Source: Vicugna vicugna (taxonomy: Eukaryota). From it: 64,000 nt of DNA. Position 1 is the stretch's first letter, and every line of letters begins with the position of its first letter. Positions 22,301-34,300 of the stretch are shown here, in pieces. The notes below the pieces were generated by a model. That model saw only the letters and a program-made list of their open reading frames with translations. It made no database searches and was not told the DNA's origin. The position numbers were made by a program, and so were the translations under genes. The stretch is taken from NCBI GenBank assembly GCA_013265495.1, contig MU060001.1, positions 372,001 through 436,000 of the forward strand. The letters run 5' to 3'.

Positions 22301-25300
22301 CCTGCCGCCCACCACCCGCCTGGCGGCCTCTTGGGGCTGTGATCGCCATCGTTCCCCCGCTGAGAGCCAGGCTCTTGTCTGGAAGATGACGACCTCTGTC
22401 CCAGCGCACTTGCTACTGTGATCCCCCTGCCTTTCTCCTGAAGAGATACTGAACCTGAAAAATCTCTGCTTTGAGCTCATTTCTGTCTTTCCACCCTCGT
22501 GAGACGGAATTTCTCAGCTCCTTGTAGTGGGTGGGAACACCTAGGCCGGGAGACGTTGCCTCGGTCTCCACCAGGATCCCCCACACAGCGAGTCACTGCC
22601 TGAACAACAATACAGCTTTCACGCTCTTGGGTCTGGTTTACTTGGTTTACTGGCTGCGTGCTGGTGCACGCATACCAGATGCCGTTCACGTGACCCCCCA
22701 ACAGTTCTCAAAGGGTGTTCTAGCTAACAGGAATTTTTTTTTTAATTGAAGTATTGTCAGTTACAACATGTCAGTTTCTGGTGTACAGCGCTATGTCTCA
22801 GTCATGCATATACATACGTGTATATTCGTTTTCATACTCTTTTTCATTAAAGATTATTACAAGATATTGACTATAGTTCCCTGTGCTGTACAGAAGAAAT
22901 TTGGTTTTTTATCTACTTTTGTATGTAGTGATTAACTTTTGCAAATCTCAAACTCCCAAATTTATCCCTTCCCACCCATTTCCCCCGGTAAGCATAAAAT
23001 TGTTTACTAGATCCTAACTAACAAATTTTAAGATAGAATCCACGAAAAAGGGATTTTGTGCTCAAAAAATTAGGGAAATGCCACACATGACCTTCTTCTC
23101 CTGGAGATACGTGTGCGCACTAACACAGTAAAGGACCTGAGAAGGTCTGTAAACTTGTAAAGCCCGTGAAGGAATCCCATGAAACCTTTCCCTCAGGGCT
23201 TTCATAAGTCACTTGACCCTAGAGCCCTTTCTGGCAGGTGGCGTCTGTTTCACTGGTTTTCCGTGGGTCGGAGCTGAGAAACCTTGGCGGTGTGGGTGGG
23301 CGGTCAGGCCATGGGAGGAAAGCGGTGTCAGCCCGCAGCAGACTGGCTGTTAGGGCCGATCAGTGCTGGCATTTGGTGAGACCTGTTAGCAGTGTCTTCA
23401 TAAGCCCGGATGTGGAGTGAGGGGTGGCGGGCGCCTCTGTGGCCAGTTCCACAGTAATGTGCCTGTCGGCTATTCGGTCTTTTTCGCTTTTTATCCGAGG
23501 TGTCGCGCGGCTAGCCGATATCAGCTTACACAACCCAGTCAGTATTTCTGTCCCGGATGAAAGCCATGACCGGTCTGACCCAAAGAGCAGAGCGGTTCTT
23601 GAAGCTTCTGCCCCACGGACTGGCAGTGAACTGGACAGCTTTGCCATCCCAGCGGGTCTCGATCAGCACGTGACAGTGGTTCCCAGCAAACTGAGGCTTG
23701 TCTCCCTAGCGGCCTTCATCCTGCAGAAATGCAAGGTGGGTCTGGGGACTGGGCCCAGCCTGATCCAGGGAAGGACCATGGTTTTGTTTCTGCCAGGCGT
23801 GGAGGGCCGTGGGCTGAGACGCACGCAGGAGTTTCCCAGCTTGCCTGTGTTTGTGAGCCCAGACCTTCGTAGAGGTCTTTGCGGCCCGTGGTTCTCCGAT
23901 CATGGTAAAGACTCAGGTCAATGAGAGCCATTATTTTCAGCGTAAAATCTGCCTCAAATGTCTTTCCTTGGAGTGACACTGGGAAGGTCACAGGTGGTAG
24001 AAACATGCCATGAGGCAGAGGTAGGGGCCTGTGCACATGTTTTTTAAAGAATCGGGGTTTTTGTATATTTACTAGATTTGTGTGATGACTTCTAGTACCT
24101 GGGAAAATAGTAGGTGGAGGAGCTTGAGGTCCCCCTACTTCAGGCTTCAAGATATCCTGCGTGCTCGGAGTGCCCGCGGGGGTGCTGTGTGCGGTGGGTC
24201 CCGGGTGAGTGAGGGGACAGAGCTAAGGTGCAGCTCCACACTGGAGCGTCGTTGTTTTCTCAGGGGTGGGAGGCCCGGTCGAGGTTGTAGCCACGTCGTT
24301 GTCCTTCCCCGCATCCTTCATAGCATGGAGCGTAAGTGTTATTTTTAAAAATAATTCAAAGCCATCTGTCACCTCTGTTTCCAAATTGGGGCCAGTCAGC
24401 CTGTGTCTTTTCCAGAGCGGTTCATTTTAGCATAACCTAATCTTAAAAATGTGCGGTGGTTTTCCCCCCTTTATCGCTGTAGTTTGAGAGAGACCAGAAG
24501 ATGGTTGTCTTTTTCTCGAGTTGCGAGCTGGTGGAGTTCCACTACAACCTCTTCCTCCAGACCCTGCTGGGCGGCTCGGGGGCCCCTGCCCAGGGGCGGC
24601 TGCCATCTGCCTCTACGCAGTTCGGATTCCTGCGGCTGCACGGGGACATGGAGCAGGAGGTGAGCGCCACACGCGTCCCGCCAGCGGGAGCCGGGCCTCC
24701 CGGGCCCGTCGGACGCGAGCCCGGCCTCCCTGCGGCTGCGCTGGGCTGGCCAGGGCTTTGGCGGCAGCGGCTCACCCTGCTGTGCCGATGTGGCCAAGGG
24801 GAGGGGGGGTCCTTCGTCCCAGTTTTCCTTCGCTCTGGGGGCTGGTCCCTTCCACCTGAAAGAGCTCGCAGGCCCGGCTTGGCCNNNNNNNNNNNNNNNN
24901 NNNNNNNNNNNNNNNNNNNNNNNNNNNNNNNNNNNNNNNNNNNNNNNNNNNNNNNNNNNNNNNNNNNNNNNNNNNNNNNNNNNNNNNNNNNNNNNNNNNN
25001 NNNNNNNNNNNNNNNNNNNNNNNNNNNNNNNNNNNNNNNNNNNNNNNNNNNNNNNNCTGTCATTGTCAACAAGATGCAGCGCTCCCGCGCTCAACACTTT
25101 CAGGCGGGAGAGGGCACCGGGCACCAGCGGGGCTCCAGGGCTCAGCGCCGCCTCGGCTCGGGCAGGTATTTTCGTTCAGGAGGAAGAGTAAAACATTCTC
25201 CTTATTTTGAGCACTTAGCTGCGTTAGCTTCCCTTCCGCTGAAGGGAAGCCGGCCTTCCACTTAGGGGTCGGGGCGGAGCCTGGATGAACTCCTGGGCTT

Positions 25301-28300
25301 GTGAGAGGAGGACCAGCAGGGCTCGGGTGCAGGAGCCATCTTGTCCTCGAGGAGAGGTTACCAGGCGGCTCAGGAAATTAGAAAGCCCAAAACAAAGCCG
25401 GAATGCAAATCACAGTTGACTAGAACCAGCTTAAAAAAACGGGAGTGTTCTTAGAGCCAAGGAGACATTAAAGGCCTTCGGGTCCAGCCCCTCTTTTTGC
25501 TTTTGCCTTTTTTGTTTTAATTGCTAAGGAAATGGAGGCTCAGAGAAGTGAACTTGCTCAAGGTCTCTCAAGGACACAGCTCTTTATTTAAACACAGAGT
25601 TTCCTGAATATTCCAACCTTAGTGCGTTTTTTAAGCTGTTGGTTCTTGCCTTCAGGGTCCCCAGGGCTGGCATGCTTGTTGATTCCATCACGGATGCCAT
25701 TTTTGTTTTGTAACCTTACTTTACCAATCCTCTGGGTCTGTTTCCTTCAGACTCACTCTGCGCGGTACGTGTGAGGGTGATGAGGGGGCTGGATGTGGAC
25801 CCAGAGGGATCCAGGGATTTGAATAAAGGTCAACAAAAGATTCTGTAGTTAGGTTAATTGAGACGCTGCATCTCACATTGTAATGGCGGTAACCGGGTAG
25901 ACTGTTTATAGCCGTGTGCTCTGGGGGCAGACTGCTGGTGTTCTCGTCCCGGTTCTGCCATTCACTGGCTGTGTGACCTCAGGGAAGCATTTAACCTCTC
26001 TGTGCCTCAGTGTCCATGTCTTGGAAATGAAGAGAACGGCAGTGCGTACTTCTGGGGTTGCCATGATGATTCACTGAGTCAGCGCAGATCCGGTACTTGG
26101 TGCAGGGCCTGGTACAGAGCAGGCATCCAGTACCTGTCAGGTGTCAGGATCATTGTTATTTCCCTCTCAGGGAAAGTGTAGCTATTTCATAGTTTGATAA
26201 TTATTCTTAGTATTTTACCTGTGTTGGCTTGTTTGTTAAGTATTCAGCCTTCACAGCCTCCCTCTGAGGTGGGTGGAAGGTGACAGGGAGTATCTCTGCA
26301 GGTCATTTTCTAAATGTTGTGTAAGGGTCTTGTCCCAGGGGACTAAGCTCGAACAGTCCCCATCATAGCTACCTGGCTCGTTACCCTGGCCACTGCTCCA
26401 CAGGGACCTCAGCATGGTCTCCCTGAATGATTGCCATGACCCCAGCCAAGTTTAAGAGCATTAAGAGAAGCTAGTTTGAAGAAGGTGCTAGGAAGTTGTG
26501 ATAAATGCTCAGGGGTTTGGTGATTTTTTCCTTACCCCAAATCTGAGTGTCTGACGTCCAGTCTTTAAGATGTGTCACAGGCTGTCGTGAACTTTCCTGA
26601 GGTTTTTTTCTGATTCTGACTCTGCAATACCACCATTGACTCCCTGGGTTCAGCCCTTTATCCACAGTGTGTGCATGTGCTGGGCAAGTTACTCAGCCTC
26701 TCTGTGCCTCAGTTTCTTCCTCTGGAAATGGGATGGTGATAGTACCTGCTCATAGGGTTGCCGTGAGGGCTGAATCAGCACAGGCCAGCAGCACCTGGCG
26801 CACGGAAGCTCTCAGGACATGTTGGTTGTCCCCGTCCACTGTGCTCAGTGAGGTGTATCCTGGGGTCCAGGTGTGGGACGGATGCGTGCACACAAAAGGC
26901 CAGAGTGAGACCCACCTCGGAGGCCCGGGGGCTGTGCCAGAACCAAGAGACTTCACTTTTTTTTCTCCAAACCTGTAGTAATTTGGTTATATTTCCCTTT
27001 TTTTTGTTGCTGATGGGCACAGCCAAGTGTCAGCTGCTTACAACACCGTGACTTGAACGCAGCCCCAGTGTGCCCCCTGCAAGGTCACGTCCAGGGCCTT
27101 TTGGTCTAGCAAGTCTGCCTTTAGGTATTGACCCCGAGGGAATATTGGGCGTGTGCGCAGCGATTCACCTACAAACACGTTCGCCGCAGTGTTGTTTGTG
27201 GTTATCAGCCATGCAGACGGGCTGAGTTGCCAGTAGTGGGGTGTTGGTCACATGGGGATGGGGCACCTATCCCACTGAATGCAGTGTCATCACAGGAGAA
27301 GATGTGGTTTGGGGATATTTATCAGCATGAAAAGATGTTCACATTCTGTCAGCACATCATGAGAGCACGTTAGTACAAGACCCATGGTGCCGATTTTTTT
27401 AAAGCCCCATATTTGGTTATGTTTTGCATAGAAAGGGGCTCGGGATGGAAAGCGTTGCCAGCAGTGGTGGTTTGTTTTGAGCAGTAGGATGTTAAATGTT
27501 CTTCCTTTGACTTGAAATATAATTTTGGTACAGTTAAAATATATGGTTTTTATCATTTTGAAGTATTTTTAAAAATCAGGTTTTAAAAAATCACCCTGGA
27601 GGGAAGGTTGGCTGCTCTTCAGCCTCCATGCCTCTCGTAGGAAAAGTATTGGAATAAATTCTGAGTTGGGGGCCCTGAGTGCAATGACCTGTGACCTCTG
27701 GCCCTCCCCCCTCCCCGCTCTTGATATTGGCTGTTTCTGGAGGGTCCTATCGCCCACCCCTGGCCTCGCCCTGTTGTCTTACAGAAACGTGCTGCCCTCA
27801 GAGCCCCGCCTTTGCCGCAGCCCGAGGGGTCTAGTCCTGTGGAACTCAATTCTTCCTCTTTCTTGGCAAAGCCTCTCTGTGCCTAAAAATAGTTACAGGA
27901 GCGGTAGAAAACTGGGAGAGTCATGAGCACCTAAGCCTCCCCGCTGGAATCGGACTCGGACTTGTAAGGCCCTGTTTCTCCTTGTTTCTGTAGGAAAGAA
28001 CGGCCGTGTTTCAAGAATTCTCACGTTCCAAAGCGGGCGTCCTCCTCTGCACGGTATGTATGGTGCTGCGCTCCGTGGGAGGGTTGAAGATTCGTGTGAC
28101 CGTGGTGGGCATTTTTTGTCTCCCAACGGCGATGTGCCTTGCAGCTGGCCCCACGGGGAGCGGAAACCCCGGGGGTTGCTTGGTGTGGCTGGTCTCTTTA
28201 CCCGCCTGGTTTGTCACCTGACTGCCACAGAGAGCCGGCTGCCGCCGTGCAGAAGACTTGGCGATTTGCTCACTAATAGTGGCAGCTGTTGGTCTGAAAA

Positions 28301-31300
28301 CGTGTGAATCTCGGCGATTTCTGTCCACCAGAAACTTGTAAATTACAGCTATCGGGAGTAATTAGAGCTGAGAAAGCCTTTCCGTGGCAGAATCATGCTA
28401 CCTGCTTCCGCTCAGCTTTTTCTTAAATGAAAATAGCTGGGCTTGGACAGACTTTACTCGCTATTGTCTGAAACTGTCATTCGGCCTGCAGTTCTCAGGG
28501 CCAGTTCCCTCGGCCTCAGGCTTCGCGGGCTTGGGTAGCTCCCTCCTCCAGCGCCGCTTGGACATTTTCCGTGCATGCCTCTTGTGCTCTTTTGAAATTG
28601 AAAACTCACACCTTCAACGTCCCTGCTTCTCTGGGGACTCACTTCCCCCGAGTTGCTGCTCCCTCCTAAGATTAAAGTGCCTTCACTATTTGTGCCATGT
28701 CGGAAGAAGTAACTCAGTCCCCAGCTGGTTATTTGAGAAACCCCTGTGTATTCGGTAATGAAATTGCACTATAAATTTAGGAATCCCACGAACACGCGCT
28801 GGGTAGGAACAAAGACGTGAGCCGTTTGAATGCCTGTCCGGGCCTCACTTACTGCGATGGCTCTTTAAGGAACTGTCACTCCAGACTGCTTTCTTTCCAA
28901 GTTGAGAGCCTGTGAGTGAGTGCAGCTTGGGTGTCTCTGAGCATCTGCAGGACGGCCGCCCGGCCACCTCCTGATCAGACTGTGCCGATCCTCACGTGCG
29001 CGCGCGCGTTTGCAAACGGACAGCGGTTCTGCCAACCCTCATCATTCGCATCTGAGGACAGACCCCTGGAATGCTTGCCTCCTCAGGAGCTCTGAGTCGA
29101 CCAGGTAGCCCTTCCCTAGTCAGAGGCTTGTGTTTGCTATAAAACTTTAAATGCCAGGTTGAAAGTGACAGTGAGTCCGGGTAACCTGCTTAATGAAGAA
29201 ATCTGCAGAATCCCACGGCCAGTGACACTCCTGGAGCCTGACCCCTTCCTGTCTCCTCTGTCCCCCTCTCCCTCTTGCTCCCTGTCCTTCAGCCAAACAG
29301 GCCCCTCTGGCAGCTCCTTGAAGGTGCTGTTCTTGCATTTTCTGGTTTTGGGGTCTTGGACCATGAGTTCCCGCTGCCTGGGACACCCCACCCTGACTTC
29401 GACTCACCCCTTCTTATGTCTCAGCTTCAGTTTCTTTCTTTCAGGAAACAGAAGCCCGGGTTCTTCCCCACGGGCAGCCCCTGCGCATCCTGTATTTCTT
29501 TATCGCACTCATCGCCGGGGTCTAGGTGTCTTCCCAGCAGGCCGTGAGCTGGTGAGCACGGGGACTCGTGCAGTCCCGTCCCAGTGTTGGCCCAGGGCAG
29601 GCCTGCAGTGGGCTCTCGGTGTTTGTGGGTTAAATGGGTGGATGGCTGGGGCCCAAGAAACTCGGTGTTAAGAACCACCGATGTATGTCTTTTTCTGAAG
29701 ACTGAGAGAGTCTGAGATGAATACATTTGCTCTTTGGGAGCGAGTTCACGTTTTCGCATGTATGGGGTCATCTGAAGAGTGACTGTATCGAAACAGAAGG
29801 CACTAGGAACCTGGGTGTTGGAGTCTGGATTAGGATCGGAACAAAATGTTTCATTGTTGACCCTTAAGACGCTGAATTTATCCCTGGTGGGAAATAGTCG
29901 AGACTCCTAGTGTCTAAGTGCTACCACGTATTGCAGACACGGGTGAGCCTTCTGTCTCAAAGAAAGCTCCAGCTATTTGAAGTGCCATGTTTTGTTTTGG
30001 TGTTTTTAGTGGCTTTACAGAAGAAAAGTTCCTTCTTCTGAAATGTAATTCTCAGTGGGGTCAAAAGCACAGGAGGACTTCCCTTGTTCTGCCTGGCTGA
30101 TACCTGCAGGCAGGTGATGTCAGCTCGGCGAAGAGCACCGCTGACTTGGCAGAGCACAGACCCCGTGCCCCTGCCCCTGCTGGTCCCGGGTGCCCATGAC
30201 AAGCAAGCTCTCACTTGCCGCAGTCCGATTTCTCGAAACCCCTCGGTGCACGTTCACCTGCTGGTCCAGGTCACATCCGGGGGCCGAGCCTCTGCTGGTC
30301 TCATCTCTTTCTTTGTGCTGCTTGAAGATATTATTGAAAAAGACTGGGTGGGCGCTCATGTCCCTCCATTTCTGGAAGCGAGCCCAGGCTCCCCAGTGAT
30401 GAGTTCTTCCTTCCCTCTCAGAGTCCCTTCTATTTCTGCCCTGACTGTCTGCCTCAGCCTGACACTTCGGGCGTCTGAGACCCGCTGGCTGTAATAGCTG
30501 GCGCTGGGGTTGGGGAAGTATTGTCACTTTGTGTCTTTTTCAGCAGCCTGTTGCTTGCCAGGCTCTGCAAGCTCTCCAGGAGCCTCCTTAGTGTTAATGA
30601 GCAGTGGGGCCGCGTTCGGACAGGCAGATGGAGGACCTGCTTTTTCTTGAAAGGGGGGATCATGTTGTTAATTGTTGTGCGGGGATTTTCCCCCTTTGTT
30701 CCGGAGCTTCTGCCATTTTGATTTATCATCCCAAGATCCTTTTAACAAGACCAGGAGACCAAATGCCTTGTGTGAGAAGTTGGGAGTGTGGTGTGATCAC
30801 AGAAAAGCTCACAACTACGCTGTTTCCTTTACTTCTAGAAAGTCCCTCCTCCAGCCCCATTTTCTTCCTCCTCCTTTGTATCTTTTCTGTCATAAGGAAA
30901 GCTAAGTGTGCGTGTGTGTGTGTGCATGCGCGTGTCTGTGCGTGCGTCTGTGTGTGCGTGGGGGGGGCGTTTCCTTTCATCTTTTTTTTTAGTTGAAGTA
31001 CCATCAGTTACAACGTGTCAGTTTCTGGTGCACAGCACTATACCCCTCCCAGTCATGCACATACATACATATACCTTTCATCTTAATTATAAACATCTTA
31101 AAAGCAAAGACCTTTTTAATTTCATGCAATCTTTTGGGACCTGCTACATGACTGTATACTGTGAGTTCTCGGTAAATGTGAGGCCGTGGTGTCATGGATC
31201 TGGGCAGAGGTAAAAAGGCAGTTGGGCAGGAGAGACCAGTTTGTGAAGAGAAGTCTTTACACATTTGAAATGTAATTTTGTGTCCTCTAGAAAATTAGGT

Positions 31301-34300
31301 CTAAGAAGCAGCCAGGTTCAAAGCCCATTTTCCCAAATGGAATTAAGAAATCCAAAGCGTCAGATACAGGAGGTTGGATTATCTACAAAATACTTCCTCC
31401 TGCTTGTGAAGCACTCACCCCGAGCCAAAGGGTTTTAAAACCATCGTTTCGTTGACAGGTTGGTAAAGAGAAACCGTGCTCCATGACTGGAGTATGTTGT
31501 TTCCAGGGTCCCTCTGGTTTCAGGCTGATGCATGGCCCTCCCTGGTTGTCCCCGGGTAGACGAGCGCAGGAGCCTTTCCCCAGCAAGGAGAGGCACGGTG
31601 GGCTCCCCCCGCGTCTGCCGGCCGAGTGCGCGTTGGAGTGTATTGTGGTTGTCCAGCACGTGCTCTTTCGGAAGATACCTGACGCACTGTGCTACTTCCC
31701 TCCACCTCTCTCTCTTTTTTTTTTTTTTTTTGTGCTTGAAACACGCTGCTATGTCTGTGCGGTTCTTAATTTCCTCTCCTCCCGGGGACTTTGCAGCATG
31801 CCAGGAGGCTGGGAGACAAAGGAGTGAGGCTGTGAGGGTCACAGAAACGCAGCTCGCCACCCGAAAGAGTCAGCTTTCTTGGTGTTCCCAGGGGTATGCG
31901 TTTTTAGGCGAAGTTTATCTTTTTCCACTTTTATTTCATCCGTGTTCATGGCAAGATCATTTGGAGATTGTTGGCTGTTTACCCGGTTACGCTAACTCAT
32001 GTTGCCAGTTTTTGGCGGCTCCAGCCAAGATCTCGCGCCTCTGACAGCTTCTGCCCTCTCTCCTCCCTCCTCTGATCACGCAACCCAATCTGTCACCCGG
32101 CCGGCGGGGGCCTGTGCCCCGCTGATGGCCGCCCACACACGGCAGTAATGACTTCTGGCAGGCCGGGAAGGCGGCAGAGGCGCATTTGCTGCGTCCCTCG
32201 CTCNNNNNNNNNNNNNNNNNNNNNNNNNNNNNNNNNNNNNNNNNNNNNNNNNNNNNNNNNNNNNNNNNNNNNNNNNNNNNNNNNNNNNNNNNNNNNNNNN
32301 NNNNNNNNNNNNNNNNNNNNNNNNNNNNNNNNNNNTCATGGAGGCGGCCAATTGTCAGGCCCACGGCCCTCAAGGCCTCACTGTGGAGTGTCTTTCAGAA
32401 CTGACTTTAGCGGTTCTTTCGTCCTAATTAGGTTAAAGGGATGTGGTTGGGTTGGATCTAAGTTCTGAGAGTGGGCAGAGAACCGAAGGCTTTGCCGCGT
32501 CTTCTACAGGCTGCGGTTTCCTGTGGATCTGGTGTCGTGGCTGCAGCGTCTGCGATGACGGATCGCCCCCCGGCCTCTCCGTGGTCCTCGGCCTGCGGGG
32601 CGAGTGGGCTGTGGTAGGGGAGAGGCTTCTAAATCCCTGCCTCGCTGCTTCTGTACCGGTTCATGAGGGATCGGAACGCTCGGATTTGTAATTCTCAAGA
32701 CACTTTTCACACATGCTGTCTCCTTTGATCTTCACAGCAGCTTGGCGAGATAAGTAAGTTACAGCTATTTTATAGGTGGACACACTGAGGCCCAGAGAGC
32801 TGAGCTGACCTGCCCAGGTTGGACAGTGCTGATGTGATGCTGGAGCTTGGTTCTCTCTGTTCCTGCACCAGGAAGACGATTCCTCTGCCATCCTCAGCGT
32901 AGCCGCCTCGGCCGGGACTGGGCAGGGGCACTTACAGAAGCAGCTGGGCTGAGTCCGAGCTGCGGCTGGTTGGCTGTGGTGAGGTTCCCCGCCCCGACAC
33001 GAGGAGTCACGGAGACGGGAAGGTGTCTCAGCCAGGGGTCCTGAGCTCAGTCGCCCACGTGGGAAAGAGAACCTTGAACAGTCCCAATGGGAGGCAGCTG
33101 CCATTCTCCCTGGCTTACCACGTCAGCGTGTTTGTACTCAGAGCGAGTTTCATGAACATCATATACTGTTTTAGCATTTTCTTGGTGTTTCTTAGTTGAA
33201 TTTACTAAACGGATGAGCATTAAATTTTTTACCAAACTTGTCTGTAAAGCTCAGACAGCCCATTGTCTTCATGCATCTCCCACTGCAGAGCACTTAAATA
33301 AAATAAATCATTTCTTAACAAGAGCTGAGCAGATTTAAGAACCCGTCAGTTTCTCTGAAGACAGTGACGGTGGTTAGCGGAGAACGCGGTTCCCGCTCCC
33401 TGAGAGAGCATTCTACATCGTGTTCCCAAAGCATCGGCTCTGGAACGTCAGCCTTCCGCTCTTAGGGCCCGTGGGAGCTGTCTGAAAGCGCTTCTGGGTG
33501 GTTGACACACTTTTAGTGCATGAAACTTCCACTTAACACTTAAAAATGAAGCCTCTAGCCACCGGGCAAAGGAGACCAGCGGGTCCCGGGTGTGATTCAG
33601 TCAGGGCGAAGGCAGACAAAGCCCGACCTGCCTGCAGTGGTCCTTCTGGGTGAGGTGGATGATGGGGGACAGCATCTGCCTCGGGTTCTGCCTCCGTCCC
33701 TGGAGGATAAGCACCAATTGTTTTAATGTGCTTCTTGCAGAACTTTGCGTGGGATTTTTTTTAAAAACACCTTAAATACATATAAATCCTCAGTGACACA
33801 TTAAAGTGAGTGGGGGGAACTGTTCTTCACAGAAGAATGCCAGTTATACAATGGAAGGAATGAGAGACTTGGAAAGCCACCATTCTGTAGCCATTGGGAC
33901 ACAGACAGGCAGCATCAGAGGCTGCTAAAACCACTGGGCCAAAGGTTCTGGGAAACAGTCTCCAAGTTTCATTCCTAGCTTACTCGTTAATCACAAAGGA
34001 GAAAGGTACCTTCACGACAGAGAGAGATGATGGGGGCCGCCTGCTCCAGTGACAGCGCATAGTGTCACTAGTGCAGGACAGACCGCCCTCGGTGTCCCCT
34101 GGTGTCACGTGCTGGGAGGTACCCCCCACCCTGATGTCTCTGCCAGAATTCTCCACCTGAATTTTACCAGGAGGAAACAATTAGAAAAATCCAGTTTCTG
34201 GGCTGTTCCTCAAGACACCTGGACTCTTCAAAAAATGGTGCTTATCAAAAAAAAGTCAGTGTTAAGGGCGGGATACTGTCTGCTCTAGGTTAGGGATGTC

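Noticed and set aside
22263-22320. CRISPR-like or coding repeat
   Set aside because: A pure tandem heptamer array without spacers, in a eukaryotic intron.
24471-25265. ORFs of 130-254 aa spanning the first gap
   Set aside because: Their length depends on translating N runs; beyond exon 13 there is no coding evidence.
28054-28221. Hydrophobic read-through peptide after exon 14
   Set aside because: The donor GTATGT is adequate, and an open stretch of about 55 codons is unremarkable.
30394-30480. Possible intronic C/D box snoRNA (GTGATGA ... CTGA)
   Set aside because: No terminal stem and no recognisable rRNA antisense element. Similar candidates at about 24082 and 51068 failed in the same way; a snoscan or Infernal run would be decisive.
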